DNA of 64,000 nucleotides from an uncultured Fibrobacterota bacterium (GTDB lineage Bacteria; Fibrobacterota; Chitinivibrionia; Chitinivibrionales; FEN-1185): assembly GCA_963753345.1 (NCBI GenBank), contig CAVWBU010000015.1, positions 1-64,000 on the forward strand, written 5' to 3'. The notes under the pieces were generated by a model. That model saw only the letters and a list, made by a program, of their open reading frames with translations, did no database searches and was not told where the DNA came from. A program made the translations under genes and the position numbers. Below are positions 51,661 to 61,660 of the stretch, piece by piece. Numbering within the stretch: position 1 is the stretch's first letter; each line of letters starts with the position of its first letter.

Positions 51661-51903
51661 ATGACCACCATAACTGTCACGCAGGCGCGCAAGAGACTGT
51701 TCAATCTTCTTGACGAGGCGAATTCGTCCCACGAGCCGATCATGATAGCGGGGAAACGCGGCGGGGCCGTTCTGATCGGCGGGGAGGATTGGTCGGCCAT
51801 CGAGGAAACCCTGTATCTGACATCGATCCCTGGCATGCGGGACTCGATCAAGCAGGGAATGAAGACGCCTCTACGCAAGACCAGCAAAGTTGTCAAATGG
51901 TAA
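51661..51903 (+). CDS. yefM: Phd/YefM-family antitoxin
   Basis: ITVTQARKRLFNLLDE...EPIMI.GKRG.AVL...DW.AIEETLYL.SIPGM. Confidence 0.93.
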   Translation: MTTITVTQARKRLFNLLDEANSSHEPIMIAGKRGGAVLIGGEDWSAIEETLYLTSIPGMRDSIKQGMKTPLRKTSKVVKW

Positions 51904-52163
51904 CATGGCAGCTTTATTACACTAAGCAGGCGCTCAAAGACGCCAGGAAGCTTTCGTCGTCCGGATTGCGCCCCAGGGCCGAACATCTTCTTTCCATTCT
52001 CGCAGCAAACCCCTTTCAGAATCCCCCGCGGTATGAGAAGCTGGTAGGTGATCTTGCCGGCGCCTATTCACGAAGGATAAACTTTCAGCATCGTCTGGTG
52101 TACCAGGTGCTCGAACGGGAGAAGGCGGTGAAGGTGGTGAGGATGTGGACGCATTACGAGTAG
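51897..52163 (+). CDS. yoeB: Txe/YoeB-family toxin (ribosome-dependent mRNase)
   Basis: PPRYEKLVGDLAGAYSRRINFQHRLVYQV...MWTHYE; overlaps the antitoxin stop codon. Confidence 0.95.
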   Translation: MVTWQLYYTKQALKDARKLSSSGLRPRAEHLLSILAANPFQNPPRYEKLVGDLAGAYSRRINFQHRLVYQVLEREKAVKVVRMWTHYE

Positions 52164-52221
52164 AACGGCGTAAACAAAACGGCCGGCCCGATCTCCCGCG
52201 CCAGCCGTCAATTCTCGTCTT

Positions 52222-52266
52222 TTAACTCTTAGCTTTCAACTTCTCAACTCTCAACCTTCAACTTCT
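52222..52266 (-). repeat. GTTGA-type heptamer tandem repeat
   Basis: The + strand reads TTAACTC TTAGCTT TCAACTTC TCAACTC TCAACCT TCAACTT, directly downstream of the minus-strand gene. Confidence 0.7.
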
Positions 52267-52267
52267 T

Positions 52268-53116
52268 CTACATTCCCCCTTGCTTCTTCTCATCACCCAA
52301 CATCCTACTGCCAAGGATTTTATTGTCCGACCCGTACATACAGCACGGCTGGTTAACTGCCACCTTGAAATCGAGCTTGGCGCGCGGGCTGGCGAATTTC
52401 GGGTCGAACGAAAAGTTGTCGGCCGGAACGGTGCGGTTCACCGCAAGGTTGCCGAACAGGTCGTTCTTGGACAGTTTCGTGCGCTCCGATTTCGAGGACA
52501 GCTTGACGCCCAGCCGCTCGTTGAACGCAATCATGTTGTTTTCGATGATCGCGTCGGAGCTGCCGCCCATCGCGACGCCGTTGTTGCCGTTGAAGCAGAT
52601 GGTATTGTGGTTGATGGACGTTGCGGTGGAGCGGATGTCCCATCCCTGGATGCCCGACCACCGGTTGAACGCAATGATGTTGTCTTCGATTTTCGGCAAA
52701 TGCCGGACGCAGATGATTCCCGTGCCCCAGTTGTTGATGATCCTGCAGTTGACAACGGTATTGCCCGGGTCCTTGGAAAACACGCCGATGGTGCCGCCGC
52801 GTATTTCGAAACCGTCGAGAACGCTGTTGGACGAGAGGGTGACCACGGTCCCTTTGCCGCCGCCGTCGAGGACCGCCTTGAGCGGGTTGCGCGCGGCGCA
52901 GACCACGCCGGCCTTGATAAAGACGAGTTCCTTATAGACGCCGTCGGAAACCCAGACCGTATCGCCCGATTTTGCGCTGATCATGGCCTGGGCAATGGTT
53001 TTAACGCCCACCGACGGCACGGAAATGGATTCGGCCGGCCACGCCGTGGACGACGCAAGGATCGTGAACGCCGCGAGAAAGCAAGGAAGGGTGCGCGTGC
53101 GTGAATACAATGTCAT
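52268..53116 (-). CDS. Secreted right-handed parallel beta-helix protein
   Basis: Signal peptide, TI.QA...A..GDTV.V..G.Y, I.NN.I..N repeats, N.S.DPKF. Confidence 0.85.
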   Translation of the reverse strand: MTLYSRTRTLPCFLAAFTILASSTAWPAESISVPSVGVKTIAQAMISAKSGDTVWVSDGVYKELVFIKAGVVCAARNPLKAVLDGGGKGTVVTLSSNSVLDGFEIRGGTIGVFSKDPGNTVVNCRIINNWGTGIICVRHLPKIEDNIIAFNRWSGIQGWDIRSTATSINHNTICFNGNNGVAMGGSSDAIIENNMIAFNERLGVKLSSKSERTKLSKNDLFGNLAVNRTVPADNFSFDPKFASPRAKLDFKVAVNQPCCMYGSDNKILGSRMLGDEKKQGGM

Positions 53117-53137
53117 ACGGTTGCTCCAATCCTGAGG

Positions 53138-53968
53138 TTAGTGGGGAAAACGGGCTCCTATGGAAACGTTTGCGCCGGACATCGTGCTTGCCAAAGGAGA
53201 ATCGGCCGCCAGGGAGAAATCGAAACCTCCCCTCGGCGCCGTGAACTTCGGATCAAGCGAAAAATTGCTGGACGACTGGGCATTCGGGGTGCGGCCGTTC
53301 TTGAAGAAATCGTTGTTCGTCATGCTCATTTTGGAAAGGTCGAGCGTTTTTACCGCCTCGTTCTGGTTGAAGGCGATGATATTGCATTCCAGGATCATGT
53401 TCGAATTTCCGCCGAGCGCCACGCCGTTGTTCATGTTGTAGGCTATCGTGTTGTGATTGACGGCCGCGCTTGTCGCGGTCAGGTTCCAGCCCTGGATGCC
53501 CGATCCGCCGTTGAACACAATGACGTTGTCTTCGATGCGGGGGACGTTGCCGACGCACATGATGCCCGACTCGCGGTTGCCGGTGATCCGGCACGAAAGG
53601 ATTGCGTTGCCGCCATGCGACGACAGGATTCCGATCGTGCCGTTGCGGATCTCGAATCCGCACAAGGTGGCATTGGATCCCATGGTTACCACGGCGCCTT
53701 TTCCGCCTCCGTCAAGTGCGGCGCCGAACGGCGACGCGGACTTGAGCACCACGTCGGATTTGAGCATCACGCTGCCGGTGCAAACGCCGTTGGCGACCAG
53801 CACCGTGTCGCCGGCCATCGCCTTGATCATGGCCAGCGCGATGGTTCCCGCCCCGGCCGACGGAACGGAGACGAGCTGACCCGCCATCGCCGCACAGCAG
53901 GCCCCCGCGGCACAGCAGAATGCAATGGAAACAAGGATCCGCTTCATAGCCTTTGCTCCGCGCATCAC
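53138..53968 (-). CDS. Secreted right-handed parallel beta-helix protein (paralog of neighbour)
   Basis: Shares LDGGGKG.VVT, GFEIR.GTIG, P.IEDN.I.FN..SGIQGW and NHNTI. Confidence 0.85.
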   Translation of the reverse strand: MMRGAKAMKRILVSIAFCCAAGACCAAMAGQLVSVPSAGAGTIALAMIKAMAGDTVLVANGVCTGSVMLKSDVVLKSASPFGAALDGGGKGAVVTMGSNATLCGFEIRNGTIGILSSHGGNAILSCRITGNRESGIMCVGNVPRIEDNVIVFNGGSGIQGWNLTATSAAVNHNTIAYNMNNGVALGGNSNMILECNIIAFNQNEAVKTLDLSKMSMTNNDFFKNGRTPNAQSSSNFSLDPKFTAPRGGFDFSLAADSPLASTMSGANVSIGARFPH

Positions 53969-56566
53969 TTCTTGACGCCGATGTTCATGCGTATCATCTG
54001 CGTATGGCCGCGCACAAGATCTTCCACGTTGATTCGCGCGAGATAGGTGCCGGGCGCTACGAACGTCCCGGAGCCGGTCTTGCCGTCCCAGATGAAGAAC
54101 AACCGGACATTGGTCTGGTCGATGAGCATTTCTTTCTTGTTGATTACCACGTTTCCCACGGCATCGAGAATGGTGATTGTCGCGCGCACTTTCCCGTTTT
54201 CCAGGTCCTGTTTCACGGCCGGCAGGAGCGAAACCTCGATTCGCGTGCCGGTCTTGATGCCGGAATTTCCCTGCAACTGGTACGGAATAGTGCTCGTGCG
54301 CGGGTTAAACGGGTTTCCGCCCGCGATCTGGTTTGTCACGATGGAAACCTCGCCGCACAATTCAAGATTGAACGAGCGCGCGCCGGCCACGACGCTGTCG
54401 AGCCCCGAGAGTCTGGGGCCGGTGCCGGGGAAAACGTACAGGAACCTGTCCGACAGCTGGACCACCGTTGCCGTGCTTATGGGAACCGTGCTGCCGTCCT
54501 GCGTGTTGATGATTGCGATAAGCGAATTCGGGTCGAGGGGAGTCGGGGGGTTCGCCACGGGCTCGCTGAAAATCACCCGGAGGGTGTCGGCGTTGGGCAT
54601 GGGAACAAAGCACACGCTCTTGACAACCGGTTCTGCGCCGTCGATGATGTTCGCCACATAGGCCGACCGGCCGTCGGCGGTGACGGGCGCGGGGGAGAGG
54701 GTTATGGTGGCCGACGTCCAGCCCGTTTCCAGCGTGCTGCCGGTGTTTTCCTGGAGCACCACGTGGATGGTGCGGCTTCCGTCGGAGGTCATGGACACCG
54801 CGGTGAGCGTGACCTTTGCGCCGCCGTCGTCCGAAACGATGTTCATGGCCTGGATCCACTGCTGCACCGTAGGCAGCGCGGCCGCAAGGCTCACCGAATC
54901 GGGGAACACGATGTCTATCCTGTCAAGGTGCCCGTTGCCGTTCGTGTCAAGCAGCGTGGCGGTTACCGGCACCGGGCCGCTCACGCCGGTGCACACAATG
55001 AGCGCCGTGCCCGGAGTAAGGCCGGCTTCGGTGGCGGTGAGCGTGGTGTTGCCGTACGATTTTTCCGCGATGCTCGCCGCCCACTGCCTGGTGGCAAGGG
55101 GCGTGGCAGTGGCGGTGGCCGGGTTTGCGGTGGACCACGCCGCGGTGGTTGCAAAACTGACGAAATTGCCATAGGCGTCACGCACCACCGCGTACACCGT
55201 GACGTTCGCGGTCCTGTCGACGGTGATGGTGCCCACGGGCCTGTCGTTCCGCGTTTTCCTGGCAAGCGAGTCGGCTTCGATCACGATATGGGTTCCGGGA
55301 CCCGGGCCTATGTACACCGAGATCGGTGGTGATGGCATTTGTTCGGGATGTTCGGGTCCTTGAACGGTGGCGGTGATGAGACCGATACCGAATGCTTGGT
55401 TGGGTGTGAGAGACCGGTCGGACGACCCTGCAGCGAGTGAGAACAGGATTCCCCGCCGAATCACGGAAGTCATGGTCCAGGTCACGAGGTTGTCCGCTGG
55501 AGGGAACCCAATTGTACAGGCTGTCGAACACATGCGCATAAATCGTAAAGGGTTGGCCCGCGGTCGCGCTGTCGATCCCGCCAAGCGCCGGATTGTTGGT
55601 TCCCGGCGCACCTGGTTTCGAATACAACTGCAGAAACCCAGGGCCTCTTATGATGTAGAGGCCGGTGACATGGTAGACGATATCGTTGAAATTTTTGTCG
55701 CCCGCACCGTTCCACCCGAGAGCAGCGCCGGGATTAACGTCGTTTTCATCTTCAAATCCGAATTCCGCTGTATCGGAATTGATATTCAGATTCTCAAACC
55801 GAACCCAACCCGCAACACACCACCTGCGGCCCTGAGGATAGTTGTTGCCGACCGCGCCCCATTGATTATTTGGAAAGGCCGTGGAAATGTCGGTGCTCCA
55901 GAAACGGTCGTTGTTTACCCACGCAGGAACGTCCAGTGGACTGCGGTTTGGACCGGAGTATCGTGCCCCAAGGTTGTAAGGCGCCGGAATGGTATCAGCC
56001 CAGTTCGGATTGTGCGGATCCGTCCAATGCCCCGCGCCCCAATAGGTCTGGTAATCGAAAATTACGGTATCCAGGTTATGAATTTTTCCCTGCGCCGCAT
56101 TCGTCAAGTCCACCTGATTATAGGGAAGGCCTGCGGGTCCAACTACTTCATGATTGGTCATGATAAAAATCCGGGTGTATCTTTTGCCTCCAGTCGCAAC
56201 TATTGATCCGGTATCGTTTGGAACCATTAAATAGAGATACCCAAGCCAAGAGGCCTGCGACCCGAGATAGGTGACAACCAGAGGCTTTGTCGTATCGCGC
56301 AGAAATGGCGCCCCCATATAAAGAGAATCGGCAACGAATACAGGCGTATTGCCTTTGTTCCAGTAATTGACGTTTTCGCCAAGATTGGTTGTGCCCTGAG
56401 AAAAGACTGCGGTGCTCAGAGAGAAGATTGCCAGAAGCAAATATACGGTGATCGGTCCAACCCGCCTGTGGGGCATGTGTCGGGCTTCCCTCACCAAGCG
56501 ATACTGCTGCGCCCGTAATTGAAGCGCTAAAAACAACACAAGCGATAACGGCCAAAGAGTTTTCAT
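53965..56566 (-). CDS. Large secreted multidomain protein (DUF4114-like N-terminal domain, Ig-like domains, FlgD-like tail); frameshifts at about 55340-55500
   Basis: Signal peptide MKTLWPLSLVLFLALQLRAQ, FGFED...GDKNFNDIVYHV, LLDTNGNGHLDRI, NPFNP...ILDAVGN...WDG...PGTYL. Confidence 0.7.
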
Positions 56567-56735
56567 AGCCTGCTCTTCCCCCCGGTTAACCGACTATGCA
56601 AGAACCATAATCTCTTCTCGGCCTAACCGCCCTTTTCGGGGCGGCCAAACGGTACTGCCTATAATATAAGTATTTTTGCCCCGAAAAGTGCAAGTCGAAA
56701 CATTGGAGGAGACAGGATGGCTCCAGTATATAGAG

Positions 56736-56895
56736 ATGGGCGTTCCCCGCTCCCTCGACTCCGCTCGGGGGCGGGTCGGTCATCCCTGCGGGCTCGGCTG
56801 TTCGCCTCGTTGCCGGACCGCCCTAAGCCGTTGGCGCGGGTCGGCCGGCAATCCCGCTACGGCGGGACCGCTCCGGTCCCCCTAACGCGCGGCAG
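56736..56895 (+). repeat. Structured intergenic element, family I, copy 2
   Basis: Same ends and stem order as 22017-22187, with compensatory changes. Confidence 0.7.
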
Positions 56896-56975
56896 AAGAA
56901 ATCCCATCAGTCAATCTCATCTCTTGCGCCAGCCGAATTCTCATTAAGGAGATCAACGATCTTGCATGAATTTTT

Positions 56976-57163
56976 TCAACTCTTCAACTATTCAACGTTT
57001 CAACTGCTCCCCGTGGGTGCCCCCACAACCATGTATCGCGCTTGCCGCTGCACCATCAAGGGGTGCACCCTGGAGGGGGTAGCGGAGGACCAGACGCGCA
57101 TCTCCGGAATGCTGGTTTGCTAATATGCGCGGTCGGGCCGCAGCTAGGGGGATACATCCCCCA
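56976..57163 (-). repeat. Structured intergenic element, family II, copy 2
   Basis: Its reverse complement is colinear with 18370-18566, including the GTTGA tail. Confidence 0.7.
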
Positions 57164-57174
57164 TAAAAGCTCTC

Positions 57175-58167
57175 TTATAGAAATTTACGCGGAAATTTCC
57201 TCCTGTAAACGATGTACTTAGTGAACGCATACGACGCCTTTGCCGCAAGGCTCATTAGCGTAAGGCGGCTGAATGCCGCCGTATACGAAGGGTCGAAGTA
57301 GCAGTTGATATGGCAGCCTTCGCAGAAAGGGTAGGAGCCCTGGCGCCGAATCGATTCGCCGCGGCCGGGATCACGCAAAGCTTCTGCCAGGGATTCACCG
57401 ACAGGCACGAATGCGGCGGCATGATGGAAACAGGGAAGCGCGATCCTGTTGTCGGGAAGCACCGCGATGGCGGAAGACGCCGCCCTGCACGGGCTTCGCG
57501 CGGTATGGTTGCCGCCGTCGGACCGGAGCGCAAGGTGCGCCCTGTTGAGATAAACACCCGGCTTGCGCGACCAGGCACGGGCCTTTTGGTGCGTTTCCCG
57601 GCTTGCGATGTCCTTTCCGTCGAGGGAAAACACAGGATCGAGGATGGCCATGAGTCTGTTGTTGCGCGCCAGCTCGTACACGCCCCGGAACGAGTCGATG
57701 TTCTCATTCGTGTAGGTAAAGAGCAGGTCCGGAACCAGATTGTTGGCGAGGGCGGCCGGGATGCTTTCGAGAACTTTGGAGTATGAATCGCAGCCGCGGA
57801 TCCTGTTGTGCAATGCGGCGGTGTCGGCATCAAGGCTGAAGTGAAGGAGGCCGACGAGCCCGGCAAGCTCGCGCGCGCGGTCGGGGAACAGGAGACAGTT
57901 GGTGGTGACCGAGGTGATGAATCCGAGGCGCAGGGCCGCGGCGCAAAACGCGGGAAGGTCCGGGTGGAGCAGCGGTTCCCCTCCTGTAAAGTCGACGAAA
58001 CGGCAGCCCGCGCGCCTGGCATCCGCGAGGTTTTGCAGAACCTGGGCGGGCTGCGCGTCGGCCTTGGGTTTGTCCTGCCAGATGGTGCAGAACGCGCAGG
58101 CCGCATTGCACCGGTTGGTCACAAAGTACTGGAGGAGGATCGGTCTCAGACGGCCCGCCCTTTCCAC
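57175..58167 (-). CDS. Radical SAM protein with SPASM/twitch-like C-terminus
   Basis: CNAACAFC (CxxxCxxC), FTGGEPLL, C...PC...CEGC.INC. Confidence 0.9.
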   Translation of the reverse strand: MERAGRLRPILLQYFVTNRCNAACAFCTIWQDKPKADAQPAQVLQNLADARRAGCRFVDFTGGEPLLHPDLPAFCAAALRLGFITSVTTNCLLFPDRARELAGLVGLLHFSLDADTAALHNRIRGCDSYSKVLESIPAALANNLVPDLLFTYTNENIDSFRGVYELARNNRLMAILDPVFSLDGKDIASRETHQKARAWSRKPGVYLNRAHLALRSDGGNHTARSPCRAASSAIAVLPDNRIALPCFHHAAAFVPVGESLAEALRDPGRGESIRRQGSYPFCEGCHINCYFDPSYTAAFSRLTLMSLAAKASYAFTKYIVYRRKFPRKFL

Positions 58168-59276
58168 GCAACCTTGCGCGTGAACGGGATGACAAGCGCG
58201 AGCACGGCGGTTTCAAACAGCATGAACACAAAGTAAACAGGAAACAGGAGCGCGTTTTCGCTTGAGCAAGTCTTTCTGAACCCGACATGGACATAGGCGA
58301 TTGTCAGAAGAAAATTGAAAAAAGCGAGCATCGCCGCGGCGCCCGAAACAAAACCGGCCAGCCCTGCGACAAACGCGACATTCTGGAAGGTGAGCAGAAG
58401 ACCCGGCCAGAGCAGCGGCGAGCGGAAGGTAAAACCTCCCCGAGCCCACCGGAGAGCCTGGTGATAAAACCGCCCCGCGGTTTCACACGGGGAGGTGAAC
58501 GCCTGCGCCGAAAACGGCTCGGCAGGAACAATCTGCATCCTGCGGCGCCTGAAGGCGGCATACAGGTCGCGGTCCTCCACCATGCTGTAGCCAAGGCCAG
58601 CCTGGCCGCCGATGCCGTTGTACGCGTTTTTCCGCACCAGAAGGTTGTTGCCCATGCACGAGCCGCCGATGCCGGCGATGTGGAACGCGTAGGCGGTCGC
58701 GAAAAGAAATTCCAGCTGGAACCGCTGGACAAAAGAGAAAACGCCGCTGGTTTCTTCCATGAGTGCGGTGCGGCCGAACGTCATGTCGCCGCCGCGGGCC
58801 GCGTTTTTGGCCCAGGATGCAAGCCAATCCTCGGAAAACCGCATGTCGGCATCGCTGAACAGAAGCCATTCATGGTGGCTGCGGGCCGCACCGACGTCCA
58901 GCGCCTGCTGCTTGCCGGAGAGCCGGACGCGGGCATCGTACGCCGAGTCGGCAACGGAAATCGGCGCCGGGAACGCGCCGACGAACGGCTCCATTGATTT
59001 CCGGTAATCGTCGGAGGAGCCGTCGTTGACCAGTATCACTTCCCAGGCGCCGGCGTATTGCTGGGACGCAAGCGAGGCGAGAAGGCGTCCCAGATTGTGC
59101 GCCTCGTTGCGAAAAGGAATTATCACCGAGATGCCCGGCAGCGTTCCTGCGGGATCGGGCGGCGGCGCGCGGAGCGCGCGGTGCGCGGCAAGGCGGGCAA
59201 TGAGCCACACCAGCAGACCGGTGTAGGCCGCACACCCGGCGATAACGGCAAGATCTGTCACGGGAACGTCACTCAT
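58146..59276 (-). CDS. Membrane glycosyltransferase family 2
   Basis: N-terminal TM, ISVIIPFRNE, VNDGSSD, GKQQAL, FSDAD, GNN, EDRDL, QALRW, C-terminal TMs and W.GR. Confidence 0.9.
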   Translation of the reverse strand: MSDVPVTDLAVIAGCAAYTGLLVWLIARLAAHRALRAPPPDPAGTLPGISVIIPFRNEAHNLGRLLASLASQQYAGAWEVILVNDGSSDDYRKSMEPFVGAFPAPISVADSAYDARVRLSGKQQALDVGAARSHHEWLLFSDADMRFSEDWLASWAKNAARGGDMTFGRTALMEETSGVFSFVQRFQLEFLFATAYAFHIAGIGGSCMGNNLLVRKNAYNGIGGQAGLGYSMVEDRDLYAAFRRRRMQIVPAEPFSAQAFTSPCETAGRFYHQALRWARGGFTFRSPLLWPGLLLTFQNVAFVAGLAGFVSGAAAMLAFFNFLLTIAYVHVGFRKTCSSENALLFPVYFVFMLFETAVLALVIPFTRKVAWKGRAV

Positions 59277-59411
59277 GCATAAAGAAATTGTTGATACGGC
59301 GCCGGTTATTGTATAATTATAAATAGAATCTGCTGTTGTAAATATACGTGCGAGCCGGTGCGTGCAGACATCCAAAACAAACGCCAACGGGAGAGTGGAA
59401 AAACACCTGCC

Positions 59412-59798
59412 ATGACAAAGGGAATCGGCGTCGATGTGGTCGAGGTCCGGAGGATGCGCGAGATGATCCGGAAATACGGGGACCGTTTCCTGCAGAAGGT
59501 GTTTACACCGTCGGAAATCGTCTTCTGCGAGAAGATGGCTGCGCCCGAAATACATTTTGCCGGAAGGTGGGCGGTCAAGGAGGCTTTCTACAAAGCGTTG
59601 CCGCGTGAATGCCAGGTTCTGTCCGGGTGGAAAAGCGTGGAAATCGTTCCCGGCGCGTCCGCGGCTCCGGTGATATCGGTGTGCAGCGGTTCTCTCAAGA
59701 GCGAAATGGACAAATGCGGAATTGAACGAATTTTCTCGTCGATCAGCCATGAAAAACAGGTGTGTGTCGGGATGGTGGTCATGGACGGCAGGGGATAA
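59412..59798 (+). CDS. acpS: Holo-[acyl-carrier-protein] synthase
   Basis: GIGVDVVEV, FT..E, FAGRWAVKEAFYKA, SISHE. Confidence 0.93.
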   Translation: MTKGIGVDVVEVRRMREMIRKYGDRFLQKVFTPSEIVFCEKMAAPEIHFAGRWAVKEAFYKALPRECQVLSGWKSVEIVPGASAAPVISVCSGSLKSEMDKCGIERIFSSISHEKQVCVGMVVMDGRG

Positions 59799-59865
59799 GG
59801 CCGGGGACGGTTGTATCCTGCAGGGTCGCGCGGCGAAGCGCGCCATAGGCATCGGGAGGCAGAGC

Positions 59866-60618
59866 ATGCATCGTGTCGTGAATGGAGTTGCAGCGCGGTT
59901 TCTTATCGTGTGGTATCCGTTTTTCATGGCAGCGCCGTTATTCGGTCAGGAGCCGGAATCAAGTCCGCAGGAAGCGGCCCCTCCCGCAGAGCAGACGGCT
60001 CCGGCGCCAGCGGCGCCCGCGGCTGCTCCCGCCGCAACGGTGCAGGATGCCGTGCTAGAAGGCATTCAGGTTTCAAGCGAGCCGTCCAAGGACAACCCGA
60101 AGGATTTTGTCGTCACCTGCTATTTTATATTCCACGACAAACCAACCAGCTATTTTTATGAAACGAAACGGAAGAACAACAAGCTGATATTCGAATTCAA
60201 CGATGCGCAGACGGGCACGTCTCCCATACCCTCCCAGAGGGTGTCTCCCATCGATGGGTTCCTGCTCGAACAGCGCAAGGTTGACATCAATAAGGACGTA
60301 AAAGGCCTTACGCCTGAGTGGCACGATCAGCTGTACGTCACCTTCAGCCTTTCCGCGATTCCCAAGATTCATGTCGCCGACGAATACAACGTGATCTCGT
60401 ACAGCTTCACCTGGTCCACCGACCCGGCAAAGCTCAAGATGCTTATTGACAATACGGGAAAAACGAACTGGGGGCTTGTGGGCGGGCTGGCCGGCGGCGG
60501 CGCCGTCGCGGTCGGGGTCGCCCTCTATTTCCTGCTCAAGCCTGCTCCTCCGCTCCCGGCTGCGTCGCCGCTGGACACCTCCGATCTTCCCGGGCGTTCG
60601 CTGCCGATGCGGTGGTAA
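59866..60618 (+). CDS. Hypothetical exported protein (Pro/Ala linker, AMIN-like beta domain, C-terminal hydrophobic helix)
   Basis: Signal peptide; clear paralog of the next gene (CYFIF.DKP.SYFYE, L.FEFND, PEWHD). Confidence 0.75.
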   Translation: MHRVVNGVAARFLIVWYPFFMAAPLFGQEPESSPQEAAPPAEQTAPAPAAPAAAPAATVQDAVLEGIQVSSEPSKDNPKDFVVTCYFIFHDKPTSYFYETKRKNNKLIFEFNDAQTGTSPIPSQRVSPIDGFLLEQRKVDINKDVKGLTPEWHDQLYVTFSLSAIPKIHVADEYNVISYSFTWSTDPAKLKMLIDNTGKTNWGLVGGLAGGGAVAVGVALYFLLKPAPPLPAASPLDTSDLPGRSLPMRW

Positions 60619-60623
60619 AGGTA

Positions 60624-60652
60624 TTGACACCTCCGCATACGGAGGGTATTTT
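60624..60652 (+). promoter_or_regulatory. Sigma70-like promoter with a palindrome in the spacer
   Basis: TTGACA, 17-nt spacer, TATTTT; the spacer contains CCTCCG-CATA-CGGAGG. Confidence 0.5.
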
Positions 60653-60676
60653 TCATCAACGTTGCAAGGAGGCCGT

Positions 60677-61456
60677 ATGCGCGGATGCGGACATAAATTT
60701 CTTAAACGCTTTCTTATCCTGTGGTTTCCCTTTTGCATGATCGCCCCCGCATTCGGCCAGGAGGCGCCGAAGGAGCTCGTGCCTCCGTCAGAGGAGCCGG
60801 CCCCGCCCCCGCAGCCTCCGGCCGGCACGCCTCAGTCCCCTGCGCCTCAGTCCGTCGCGCCTGTCAACCCTGTGCAGAACGCGGTCATCGAAGGAGTGCA
60901 GCTTTCCAGCGAACCTTCGAAAGAAGCGAACGAAAGCATCATCACCTGTTACTTTATTTTCAGGGACAAGCCTTCCAGCTATTTCTACGAAGTAAGGAAG
61001 AAAACAAACAAGCTCGTTTTTGAATTCAACGACACGCAGAAGGGCAACTCGCCGGTCGCTTCGCAGAAGCTTGCCCCCATCGAGGGCTTCGAGCTCGAGC
61101 AGGGCAAGATCGACGTGAACAAGGAAGTAAAGGGGCTCAATCCCGAATGGCACGACATGGTGACGGTTACGTTCAGCCTGAGCGCGATCCCGAAAATCAA
61201 CGTGGCCGATGAGTACAACGTCATTTCCTTCAGCTTCAAGTGGTCCAGCGATCCTGCAAAGGCAAAAGCGCTCGTTGCGCACGAGGGCGGCGTGAGTCCC
61301 GGCGCCGTGGTCGGCATAAGCGGAGGGGTCCTAGTGGCGGGGGGAATCGCGGGATACTTCATCTGGAATGCTCTTAAGTCCCGCCAGCCCACCGGCCCCC
61401 TCGGTGACGTTGATACGTCCGACATTCCCATCCACGTGCAGCCGCTTTGGAAGTAA
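60677..61456 (+). CDS. Hypothetical exported protein, tandem paralog
   Basis: AAGGAGG RBS and the same conserved core as 59866-60618. Confidence 0.75.
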   Translation: MRGCGHKFLKRFLILWFPFCMIAPAFGQEAPKELVPPSEEPAPPPQPPAGTPQSPAPQSVAPVNPVQNAVIEGVQLSSEPSKEANESIITCYFIFRDKPSSYFYEVRKKTNKLVFEFNDTQKGNSPVASQKLAPIEGFELEQGKIDVNKEVKGLNPEWHDMVTVTFSLSAIPKINVADEYNVISFSFKWSSDPAKAKALVAHEGGVSPGAVVGISGGVLVAGGIAGYFIWNALKSRQPTGPLGDVDTSDIPIHVQPLWK

Positions 61457-61660
61457 AGCGGACCGGCCGGGTGCCCTAAGTTGACATTTGCGATGGTTCG
61501 CGGGAAGGGGGAGCGCAGTGCGGCTCTCCCTTTTCCGTTTGTGCCGCGGATCCCAACGCAGTTGTTTTGCCGGGGCGGGGCTCTCCATAGTATTTTGGAT
61601 GCGTGCGAGGCTTGGTGTCCGCGAGGGGCGTTGTAACGTCGGCAGCTCCGGAGAAAATGC

